Source of the DNA: an uncultured Nitrososphaerota archaeon
GTDB lineage: Archaea > Asgardarchaeota > Njordarchaeia > Njordarchaeales > Panguiarchaeaceae
Direction: 5' to 3'
Assembly: GCA_964636085.1 (NCBI GenBank)
Contig: CAZWPQ010000026.1
Coordinates: 1-32,366 of the forward strand
DNA: 32,366 bases
Shown here: piece by piece, positions 8,804-17,705 of the stretch
Layout: each line of letters opens with the position of its first letter
Position numbering within the stretch: the first letter of the stretch is position 1
Translations under genes and position numbers: made by a program
The notes under the pieces: generated by a model
Databases searched by the model: none
What the model was told of the DNA's origin: nothing
What the model saw: only the letters and a program-made list of their open reading frames with translations

Positions 8804-9363
8804 TAGGGCTAAAAGAGCTATTGATGAGGATTATCAGGGCAATAAATAGCTCCGCCGTTAAATACTGGCTTCTCATAGGAAATGTAGCGGGGTTCTTCTA
8901 CTTCCCCGAACTAATCACACGTGACATTGATATAGCTATACTCTTCAGAAATTCTCAAGACATAGAGACATTCATCCACTCCCTAGAGTTGGAGGGATTC
9001 CCCATCACTGAGGGGGATAAGCGCTCTCTAGCCTCTAGAAAGAGAACAATAATAACCCTGGAGGATTCGCCATTCTACATAGACTTACTCCCAGTAGTGC
9101 ATGACGTCGAGATATTTATGGATGCTTGGAACCATAGGATAGAGGAAGATATTGACGGCTATAAAATTTCCATACCTACATTTGAATACTGGATAATACT
9201 CAAACTATACGCGGGTAGAGATGAAGATTATGTGGTCGTAAAAAAAGCAATAACCCATGCTACAAACATCGGAATAAGCATAAACATGGAACTCATCCAA
9301 AAGCTAGCCAAAAAGTACAACATCAAAGAACGCCTACACAGGATCATAAAGCTTTTGGACTAA
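8800..9363 (+). CDS. Nucleotidyltransferase (DUF6036/AbiEii-like, Pol-beta fold)
   Basis: IGNVA...Y....TRDIDI, IDLL, and K..AGR.ED match the GG.A...R.T.D.D / K...GR..D pattern. Confidence 0.78.
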   Translation: MIGLKELLMRIIRAINSSAVKYWLLIGNVAGFFYFPELITRDIDIAILFRNSQDIETFIHSLELEGFPITEGDKRSLASRKRTIITLEDSPFYIDLLPVVHDVEIFMDAWNHRIEEDIDGYKISIPTFEYWIILKLYAGRDEDYVVVKKAITHATNIGISINMELIQKLAKKYNIKERLHRIIKLLD

Positions 9364-12300
9364 CATCCCTAAGAGACGTATAAACACCCCCACACACTCG
9401 CTCCCTACACATAGATTCTCATTATTGATGGGGTGATTGAGGAAGCAGGACTTATGCCTCATTTTCCGCTTTTTTATCTTCCCTAACAATGCTAGCGATA
9501 TTACTAGTATTAATGCTAGGAACACATATGGCATTAGTTGCATCTTCTTTAGCGTAAGTATTAGTAATACTGTCCTTGCGTTTCCAGCCTTATCTATGGC
9601 CTTTACGTATATCCTGTTTTCTCCACTCTTTAGATCTATGGTGTACTCGTTTCCACTTATCTCTGTCCATTTGCCATTTATTCCTATCAATACTTTGTCT
9701 AGGTTCTCATCCATTACGTGGATCCTTATTGTTATTTCTTCCTGGCTTACAATACTGTTGTTCTCTGGCTCCAAGATGACAATTTCTGGCGGAGTAGTGT
9801 CGATTATAAGGGTAACGTTATCCCTAGCGACATTTCCAGCCTTATCATATATCCTTACCTCCACTATATGACTACCTTCATCCAATTTTGTAGTGAATGA
9901 TGTGTTATTCCCTATGTTGATCCATTCGCCATAATCTATCCTCACCTCTATGTGATCCAAGTTTATTTCCATATACTCCCATATTATTGTCACTGACGTT
10001 GTGTTCAAATATTGGCCCTCTAGGGGATGTGTTATATTTATAAATGGCTTTGAAGTATCTACAATTATTATCTTTGCATCCTCCGCGGAATTACCAGCCA
10101 TATCGTAGGCCCTAATATAGATTATATATCTCCCCTCACGTTCGAGATATAGGATATAATCTGTTCCATTACCCACATACATACATTCCCCATTTACAGA
10201 CAACTCGACGTTTTTTACCCCAAAGTTATCCCAAACATTCCAACGAATCCTTACAACATTGTATAATATAATGCTCTGCGATGGTTCTACTATATTCACA
10301 ATTGGGGGTGTTAGGTCTATTTGAAAATATACTTCCCCTATCGCCTCATTCCCAGAGATGTCGACTGCTTTAACTTTTACAAGATATTGTCCTTCGCCTG
10401 ATACGATGTAGCTCGTGTTAAGCCCCACATTGAGCCAGGGACTCCCATTAATAGATATCTCATAGTGGTCTACAAGAATGTTGTCATCCCCCAACCATGT
10501 AACATTTACGTGAGAACTATTTAGATATGCTCTATTGGCGGGATGCAAAATCTGTATCGATGGACGTGTCAAATCAATATACACAATGACACAGTCACTT
10601 GCACAGCCCCTCTCATCAATTGCAAGGACGCATACATTCCATTTTCCCTCGAAAAGATCTGTAATATTATAGTTTGTAATGCTTGGGTCTACAACCCCGA
10701 TTGGTGACCCATTAACATAGATTGTAAAATTATTAGGCTCCCCACAGAACGTCCAATTCACAAGAATCCATGTTCGATTAATCATGCTATGGTTGCATGG
10801 ATATACTATATTCACACTTAAAGGTGGTGACGATGATTTGACATGAGGATCTGAACCATAACTGATCTCAAAAGCATCGCTATATCCATCATCATCTGTA
10901 TCATTATTGAAAGGATTTAACTGGTATATGTACTCGTAAAGATCACTTAGACCATCGAGATCAGTATCATTATTATCAAAAAATACAAGAAGCCCTGCAT
11001 GTCCATAATTTATTTGCGAGCAAAATTCATCTGCCCACCAATACTTCCATCCGAAACCTTCGATCGAATTAGAGATTCCATCAAGATCATAATCACTCTC
11101 ATTACAGCTATTCCTGAAAAGCATCTCATTATAACCATATCTATCGAAATATTGGAGAGTCAACGATTGATTTTCCATAATATAGCCATAGAAGATGTCG
11201 AAATATGTATCGTTATAACTTTTTGGGTCACGTGGGTTGAAGCTATGGTTTATGTATTTGCTCCACTTCGTCACGCCATATATTTCGAAATAGTCGGTGA
11301 GACCGTCAACATCTGTATCTGGATGCAGTGGATTTGTCTGGTATAAGGCCTCTTCAAAATCGCTTAGTCCGTCATCATCGGTATCGTTATCAAATGGATC
11401 CGCTAGGACATAGCATTCATCAGCATTAAGTAGACCATCCCCGTCTTCGTCACCGTATGGATCTAATTTCGATATATTATACATAACTCTCCATACAATA
11501 TTTGTGTAGTTATCAATGCTATACATCTCAGGGGGCTCAAAATCTGCAAAGTAGATAGTAACATTTAGTATCTTCGGGAAGCTACCGGCGCTAATTACTA
11601 CAACATCGTCGGGGAGACCGCCAAATGTTATGTTGGTTCCATTGATAATAACCGATGTAAAATTGTTTAATCCCATTGTTGCATTCTCTCCTTCTATTTC
11701 GACAGCACAGATATTATAGGAGGACGGTAGGAATATTAATGCGGGGCTATCAGTTATGTTTATATTTATGAATTCTACCCTAAAACCCTTGTCGTTTCTG
11801 CCTAGTCTGTAATACAATTCGACAAGGCTATTACTTATACCAGATATTGGATTGATTACTGGATGACAATTGTAGAAGAAGCCAAAAAACGCGTTGAATA
11901 ACCCACATATTAGTGGATCTGGCTTTTTATCTGTCCAGCCTACTGTAGTTGTATATTTATCGTAGAATCCATCGCTTTTTGTATTCATCGTATAGAATGT
12001 ATAGGGAAAGTAGTATAGGGTGGGATACAGGAGATTTTTCCGGGATATCCATGAAATAATCTGTATATCCCTGGAGATTACAGAGGCAACGGAAGCCTTA
12101 TATTCCGTCGTCCATCCAGCCCAATCAAGCTCTCCCCTAATGGGGTTAAAACTGCATAGATTGTCATGAATATGGGGCAGTTTTTCCTCGTCCCAGAAGA
12201 AATATGGAGCCTTAGCAGAGATTATCCCTCCTAAAATTGTGGCATTGACAATATCGAATATATCCTCTGCATCTAATAGTAACGCATTAAGGAGGTATTC

Positions 12301-13461
12301 TATTCCATATTGTTCTAGATCGCTAGAGCTTGGGGTATACACTATCTCTTTTATATCTGACCTATAGTATGTCGCCATGGATTTATTCCTTATGTTCGAG
12401 ACTATATTATCTATCTCGGGGTCACTTAGGATTTTTTGGGACCAGCTAAGGAAACCAAATCTCTGTGTGTGTTGTCGCGCTCCCGTTGTTCCATAGAACT
12501 CGAATATGTAGTTACCCCCATTATTGAAAACATAGACTTCGTAGCCCTCATATAGGATAGCTCTACTTTCGTCGTCCCATGCCATTGTTTTGAAGTAATT
12601 GTTTATTGATTCTGCTACAACTGTTTTATTAAAGAACCCTTTCTCCGCAAAGAATATGAGCATCCACATTGTTGTTGCTGGTGCCCATGTAGTTATTGCG
12701 GTCGAACCATTGATTATATGAGGTATTCTTTTCCCAGTGGAATTTATGAGATAATCCATTAGGAGTACTGGTTCATCTAGTGGGAACATAACTTCCTCTA
12801 ATACGATATCTTGGTAGTTCCGTAGGAGCTGTGTCAAATTATAGTAATACTTTGCTTTCTTGAATGTAAGCCATAGATAGTAAAGGGCAAATGCTTCATA
12901 TGCTATCGATGTTACATTTTTTGTATCTGTCGTTCTCCTCCTCATAAATAGCGTCTCCTTATTTACATGGTATCTGTAGATGTATTCCCAATACTTCTCG
13001 GCCTCGTCCTTGTATGTTTCATTGTTAGGAAAGATGTGGGCAAGATATGCTATTGATGTAAGACATCTGGCTAGATCCATATTATTGTTGGTCGCGTATG
13101 ATTTATATATGGCATCAGATATTTCAAAAACCCATTCAATCTTGAATAGTGGAGTTATTCCCCAATACGGCATTGATTCCCCATATCTAAACAGTATAGA
13201 TGATAGATTCGTTGTGTACAACTTGTTCCTTGAAAAGAAATAGTGTAATCCAACATCTTCACGCTGGAGCATTATTTCGTTCCTAATAATTTCATGGGAA
13301 TTAGAATGGCCAATGTATATGGGAAGCTTATCGATATTATGCTTAATGTTCTCTGTGTTTCCTGTGTTAGACAAATCCGCATTAGCATATTTATCCCAAC
13401 ATCGATTGGTAAGCAAGCATATAACTACTATAATTCTTGATATCCTAGACCAGCCCCACAT
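9334..13461 (-). CDS. Large cell-surface protein: putative six-hairpin glycosidase-like N-region, Ca-binding DxDxDG repeats, tandem Ig-like domains, C-terminal TM anchor
   Basis: Repeats DEDGDGLLNADE, DTDDDGLSDFEE, DTDVDGLTDYFE, DYDLDGISNSIE, DTDLDGLSDLYE, DTDDDGYSDAFE. About five D.T.P.I.I..P...W.....V.A.D.AGN Ig-like units, many N-x-S/T sequons, and a TM segment followed by KIKKRK. Confidence 0.85.
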   Translation of the reverse strand: MWGWSRISRIIVVICLLTNRCWDKYANADLSNTGNTENIKHNIDKLPIYIGHSNSHEIIRNEIMLQREDVGLHYFFSRNKLYTTNLSSILFRYGESMPYWGITPLFKIEWVFEISDAIYKSYATNNNMDLARCLTSIAYLAHIFPNNETYKDEAEKYWEYIYRYHVNKETLFMRRRTTDTKNVTSIAYEAFALYYLWLTFKKAKYYYNLTQLLRNYQDIVLEEVMFPLDEPVLLMDYLINSTGKRIPHIINGSTAITTWAPATTMWMLIFFAEKGFFNKTVVAESINNYFKTMAWDDESRAILYEGYEVYVFNNGGNYIFEFYGTTGARQHTQRFGFLSWSQKILSDPEIDNIVSNIRNKSMATYYRSDIKEIVYTPSSSDLEQYGIEYLLNALLLDAEDIFDIVNATILGGIISAKAPYFFWDEEKLPHIHDNLCSFNPIRGELDWAGWTTEYKASVASVISRDIQIISWISRKNLLYPTLYYFPYTFYTMNTKSDGFYDKYTTTVGWTDKKPDPLICGLFNAFFGFFYNCHPVINPISGISNSLVELYYRLGRNDKGFRVEFININITDSPALIFLPSSYNICAVEIEGENATMGLNNFTSVIINGTNITFGGLPDDVVVISAGSFPKILNVTIYFADFEPPEMYSIDNYTNIVWRVMYNISKLDPYGDEDGDGLLNADECYVLADPFDNDTDDDGLSDFEEALYQTNPLHPDTDVDGLTDYFEIYGVTKWSKYINHSFNPRDPKSYNDTYFDIFYGYIMENQSLTLQYFDRYGYNEMLFRNSCNESDYDLDGISNSIEGFGWKYWWADEFCSQINYGHAGLLVFFDNNDTDLDGLSDLYEYIYQLNPFNNDTDDDGYSDAFEISYGSDPHVKSSSPPLSVNIVYPCNHSMINRTWILVNWTFCGEPNNFTIYVNGSPIGVVDPSITNYNITDLFEGKWNVCVLAIDERGCASDCVIVYIDLTRPSIQILHPANRAYLNSSHVNVTWLGDDNILVDHYEISINGSPWLNVGLNTSYIVSGEGQYLVKVKAVDISGNEAIGEVYFQIDLTPPIVNIVEPSQSIILYNVVRIRWNVWDNFGVKNVELSVNGECMYVGNGTDYILYLEREGRYIIYIRAYDMAGNSAEDAKIIIVDTSKPFINITHPLEGQYLNTTSVTIIWEYMEINLDHIEVRIDYGEWINIGNNTSFTTKLDEGSHIVEVRIYDKAGNVARDNVTLIIDTTPPEIVILEPENNSIVSQEEITIRIHVMDENLDKVLIGINGKWTEISGNEYTIDLKSGENRIYVKAIDKAGNARTVLLILTLKKMQLMPYVFLALILVISLALLGKIKKRKMRHKSCFLNHPINNENLCVGSECVGVFIRLLGMLVQKLYDPV
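10850..11465 (-). repeat. Protein-level calcium-binding (thrombospondin type-3-like) repeats within the surface protein
   Basis: Six P...D[TEY]D.DG[LIY].[DN]..E-type units. Confidence 0.8.
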
Positions 13462-13961
13462 TTCTTGTCACTTACTGCGAGATGGTCCCTATGGAGTATC
13501 ACAATAATTAATGCGCAAGTCTACTTGAGAATAAAACCTAAAACAAATATTTGAATATACGGACACTATATGCATAACAACAACATAAACAAAGACATAA
13601 ATCAAATTCGCAGATAGATTCCTCTCTCAATAGTCCTAGTAAAAATTTTGGCGGGGAAGTAGATTTTGAGACCAAGAATTGCAGAATTGGTAAGCAAAAT
13701 CTATAGAATTAATATTTAGGATTTTCCTTCTCTTGGTTTTGTCATCTGTGTTGTCAATCTGCTTATGTATTACACCAATTACATGTGCTAATGTCGATTT
13801 ATAAGTCTGTTTTGATCACATATACACAGCCACAATCATCGCCGAAGAGGGATTATTGGAAAAAAGTTTGGCATCGAATTCAAATAAGCCTAGATCTTGC
13901 CGAGTCCGTCGCTTTGGTTTGACAGTATTTTTATATACATATCGTCTTAAGTCGACAATTA

Positions 13962-13969
13962 TTTATATA
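13962..13969 (+). promoter_or_regulatory. Putative TATA box for leaderless ATPase transcript
   Basis: TTTATATA about 24 nt upstream of ATG 13993. Confidence 0.45.
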
Positions 13970-13992
13970 TAGTTGTATTGTATGTGACATCC

Positions 13993-15327
13993 ATGTATGA
14001 GAGTATCTTAGGTGCATTATTAGCCGAATGGAGAACACGAATCCCCCCCGAGGATTTAATTAAGAGAGATTTAAGGGTCAGTATAGATGAGCTCTTTGGC
14101 GTGCCAAAGAAAGTTATCACTATAGTGGGTTTAAGACGGGTTGGAAAAACTTATATAGCTCTACAGATGGCCCATGAGCTCATAAGTCGTGGCAAAAAAG
14201 TTATCTATGCTAACTTTGAGGATGAGAGACTACCCAGTGATAAACAAGTATTGAAGGATTTTCTATCACTACTTAAAGGGATGCACGGAGATCTATCAAG
14301 AGCATACATAATACTTGACGAAGTACAAAGGTTTCCAGATTGGAGCCGATGGCTAAGAAGATTTTTTGATATGGAGAGACCAAATATCATCATGACTGGT
14401 TCCTCGTCGAAGCTGACTAGTCTAAAGTTACCATATGAGTTAAGGGGGCGGTCGCTTACTATTAGGGTTTTTCCGCTTAGATTTTGGGAATTCGTTAGAT
14501 TTAGGAATGAGAAGATCAATGTTGATATTGTGGAATATAGTGATACTGAACGCTCTAAACTGATTAGACTATTTGAGGAATACTTGGTATATGGTGGCTT
14601 ACCAGAAATCGTGTTGGCACCAAAGACAAAGAAAATACTGATTCTTCAGGATTATTTTAACGCAATAGTACTAAAGGACATAATTGAGAAAAGAGGGGAT
14701 GTTAGGGACGTTTCAAAAGTAATTACTTTAGTCAAGATGCTGGTGAATTCAACATATTTTTCAGCATCAAGGTTGGAGAACATTATGCGTAGCATAGGAT
14801 ATAAAATGAGCAAGGATAGCATCCTAGAATATAAGGAAGATGCAAAGGATGCATTTCTCATAGATACCATACCCCAACTAACTAACAGCTTAAGAAAGCA
14901 ATTATTGGCTCCCAACAAACTATATGTTGCTGATAATGGATTAATTACTGCACTTTCTCGGCTCAAAACTCGCTATGGAAGGCTTCTAGAAAATTTAGTC
15001 TTTATAGAGCTTCAGAGAAGATACTTTGGGGACCCATCGGTAGAGATTGCCTACTGGGTGGGAAGAGAAAGTGAGGTTGATTTCATCGTAAGAAGTGGCT
15101 TCGAGATCTTGGACGTTATACAGGTATGTTGGGATCCAGTGGATTTTGAAGTATTGGATAGAGAATTAAAGGGCCTGAAAAACTTCATGAGAGTAAGTGG
15201 GATAAAGAAAGCCACAATAATCACTGCGTACTATGAAGAAAAACAAAAAATTGGTAATAAAGTAGTAGAATTTATGCCATATTGGAAATGGGAGCTTGCT
15301 CATGAAAAATCGCTTCATACAGTCTAA
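13993..15327 (+). CDS. AAA+ superfamily ATPase (AAA_14 + DUF4143, COG1373)
   Basis: Walker A GLRRVGKT, NFEDER, Walker B LDEVQ, TGSSS, L.GR, P..F.EF, Y...GG.P, K.Y..D.G, ENLV..EL, EVDF...IQV nuclease-like tail. Confidence 0.92.
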   Translation: MYESILGALLAEWRTRIPPEDLIKRDLRVSIDELFGVPKKVITIVGLRRVGKTYIALQMAHELISRGKKVIYANFEDERLPSDKQVLKDFLSLLKGMHGDLSRAYIILDEVQRFPDWSRWLRRFFDMERPNIIMTGSSSKLTSLKLPYELRGRSLTIRVFPLRFWEFVRFRNEKINVDIVEYSDTERSKLIRLFEEYLVYGGLPEIVLAPKTKKILILQDYFNAIVLKDIIEKRGDVRDVSKVITLVKMLVNSTYFSASRLENIMRSIGYKMSKDSILEYKEDAKDAFLIDTIPQLTNSLRKQLLAPNKLYVADNGLITALSRLKTRYGRLLENLVFIELQRRYFGDPSVEIAYWVGRESEVDFIVRSGFEILDVIQVCWDPVDFEVLDRELKGLKNFMRVSGIKKATIITAYYEEKQKIGNKVVEFMPYWKWELAHEKSLHTV

Positions 15328-15616
15328 CACAATATTTAATAATCAAAATCTAAACTATAGACCTTGAACGCAAAAAATTGGCAATGAAGAGTAAAAACCA
15401 GAAGCGGGTACTTATAATTTCGTGAACAATATCGATGTTGATGAGGAACCCCATAAATCTATGCAAAAACAACGAAGTGGAGACTCACTTGAATATGCTT
15501 ATACCCATAGAATAAGACAATCTGTTCTTGGGAGCGGAAATGTTGCTAATATTTTTACTTATATTTCTAGAGTAAAATAGGATAGTAAATTATGACCCAT
15601 TGGATGGGCTAGACAC

Positions 15617-17056
15617 GTGATCTGTATGCCATTGCCTGATAAGTATAGTAGGTTTAGTGAATGGTATGAAAAAGTAACTGAGGAAGCCGAGATAATAGAT
15701 AAGAGGTATCCAGTTAAGGGAATGCTTGTTTGGAAGCCATATGGATATAAGAGCCTTAAGTTAACAATGAGGATACTTGAAAGACTTCTAGAAGAATATG
15801 GGCATCAGGAGGCATATTTCCCGATGTTGGTTCCAGAGGAGGTATTTGAGAAGGAGAGGGACTTCTTAGAGGGGTTTAGTGGAGAAACATTCGTCGTTGA
15901 GAGGACGATATCCAAAAAATTGACCAGAAAATTTTTGCTCAGACCAACCTCGGAGACGGTTATGTATTATATGTTTAGTCTATGGATAACATCATATAAG
16001 GATTTGCCGATAAAGATATATCAAACTGTGAATGTCTTTAGGTACGAGACAGAGCAGACACATCCGATACTTAGGGTCAGGGAAATAATTATGTTCAATG
16101 AAGCCCATACAGCTCATGCATCCTTGGAGGATGCTAATAGACAAATTAGGGAGGCTATAGAGATATATAGTAAATTCTTCGATGAATTGCTATTGCCATA
16201 TATAATACTCAAGACGCCACCTTGGGATACATTCGCTGGTGCAGAGTATAATTTTGACTTCTTCGCACTAATGCCTGACAAAAAAGCGATCGAGCTTGGA
16301 TCTGTAATAAACCTGGGCCAGAAGTTCGCAAAAGCGTTCGATATAAAGTTCCAAGATAGGGATGGGGAGTGGAAGTATGTATATCAGACATGCTATGGCG
16401 TGTCGGAAAGAGTACTTGGTGTGATCATATCAGTGCACGGCGATAACAGGGGGATAATATTTCCGCCAAACATCGCCCCCATACAAATAGTTATTATCCC
16501 CATACCCGGCGAGAGTACTATGGGGGAAATATTGGATAAGTGCAGAAAAATAAGAGATAGACTAAAGAAGAAGGGCTTTAGGGTTCATCTAGACGATAGG
16601 TCTGAGCTTACGCCGGGCAGGAAATATTATTGGTGGGAATTTCTAGGTGTGCCACTTCGCATAGAAGTTGGGGAAAAAGAAGTAAAGGAAGGGAAGGTGA
16701 CACTAGCTAGGAGGGACACGCTGAAGAGAGTTGTTGTAAGAGATGGAGAATTGGAGCAAAAGATAGAAGAATTATTCAATGATATCGCGAAAGAAATGTA
16801 TAGAAGAGCTATAGAATGGCTAAAATCAAATATTCTCATGTCATCATCCATAGGGGAGGGATTAAGAAAGCATAGAGAAAATGGGGGAGGGATACTTAAG
16901 TTTCCATGGTGTGGCTCGGATTCATGTGGCCTGAAAATTGAGGAAGAGACAGGCCTACCATCTTTGGGACACAACCCTGATGAAAAAGCGTCTGGTAAAT
17001 GTGTCATATGTGGTAAAGATGCAAAATATTATTTCTACGTCGGAAAGAAGTATTGA
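15617..17056 (+). CDS. proS: Prolyl-tRNA synthetase, archaeal/eukaryotic type
   Basis: FSEWY, LRPTSET, FRYE...P.LR.RE, LGQ.FAKAF, QTC.G.SER, PP.IAPIQ.VIIPI, C-terminal Zn-binding PWCG...C / CVICG. Confidence 0.97.
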   Translation: MICMPLPDKYSRFSEWYEKVTEEAEIIDKRYPVKGMLVWKPYGYKSLKLTMRILERLLEEYGHQEAYFPMLVPEEVFEKERDFLEGFSGETFVVERTISKKLTRKFLLRPTSETVMYYMFSLWITSYKDLPIKIYQTVNVFRYETEQTHPILRVREIIMFNEAHTAHASLEDANRQIREAIEIYSKFFDELLLPYIILKTPPWDTFAGAEYNFDFFALMPDKKAIELGSVINLGQKFAKAFDIKFQDRDGEWKYVYQTCYGVSERVLGVIISVHGDNRGIIFPPNIAPIQIVIIPIPGESTMGEILDKCRKIRDRLKKKGFRVHLDDRSELTPGRKYYWWEFLGVPLRIEVGEKEVKEGKVTLARRDTLKRVVVRDGELEQKIEELFNDIAKEMYRRAIEWLKSNILMSSSIGEGLRKHRENGGGILKFPWCGSDSCGLKIEEETGLPSLGHNPDEKASGKCVICGKDAKYYFYVGKKY

Positions 17057-17057
17057 G

Positions 17058-17657
17058 ATGATTGTTGGGAACATGATTTATCATACAGTAATAAATTCAG
17101 ACCAACAGAAAATAGGAATAATGGCGGGGTGCATAAAGAGCATAAAGCGTAAACTCAACATTGCTAGGGTAATCTTTGGAGTAGCAACAGCATTCATGAT
17201 GTTTGCTACGTACTATTTAATGCAAACAATGGAAGGCCCACTACTATTCTTCATGGAGATACTTAGCACATACACGATACTCTTCTTGCTTGGCCTAATA
17301 TTCATACGGCCCAAAATGTTTTTTCCAATCAGGTATAACATTTTCATTCACGAGACCCCTGGAAGATACAAGGAAAGATCAGTTGTGATTATTCCCGAAT
17401 ACTTCCCACGAGGAAGAGAAATAATAATGATTCCACTAGAGTCTGTATCCAGGATGGGCATCGTAGAAACCACAAAGATAGTAAAATGTACTGGGCAAAA
17501 AATATCGGGGCTCGAAATATTCATATCGGATGAAAAAGGCAGGGAAATCGCAAGGTTTGGATTCATGGCTCCAGACTCTGAGGTAAAAAAGACTGCAGTA
17601 GAACTATGGGAAACGATAGAAAAAATCAGGGAAGTTGCGGGGAACCAGCGCCAATGA
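17058..17657 (+). CDS. Two-TM membrane protein with soluble beta-rich C-terminal domain, unknown function
   Basis: ATG at 17058, 1 nt after the proS stop. Two hydrophobic helices, then a possibly PH-like beta-strand/helix pattern. Confidence 0.65.
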   Translation: MIVGNMIYHTVINSDQQKIGIMAGCIKSIKRKLNIARVIFGVATAFMMFATYYLMQTMEGPLLFFMEILSTYTILFLLGLIFIRPKMFFPIRYNIFIHETPGRYKERSVVIIPEYFPRGREIIMIPLESVSRMGIVETTKIVKCTGQKISGLEIFISDEKGREIARFGFMAPDSEVKKTAVELWETIEKIREVAGNQRQ

Positions 17658-17705
17658 ATCAATAAGCCATACATTCTAAGAAAAGAGGGATCAAAAACGT
17701 ATCTC

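Noticed and set aside
13694-13804. Signal-peptide-like reading (FRIFLLLVLSSVLSICLCITPITCA) in the long intergenic region
   Set aside because: No start codon and an immediate stop. It may be a gene relic but cannot be supported.
15436-15495. TTGATGA C-box-like motif in the ATPase-proS intergenic region (similar motif at about 31438)
   Set aside because: No CTGA D box or internal C'/D' pair at canonical distance.
17655-17657. In-frame TGA as selenocysteine
   Set aside because: It is not at a Cys-equivalent catalytic position and no SECIS-like hairpin was seen.
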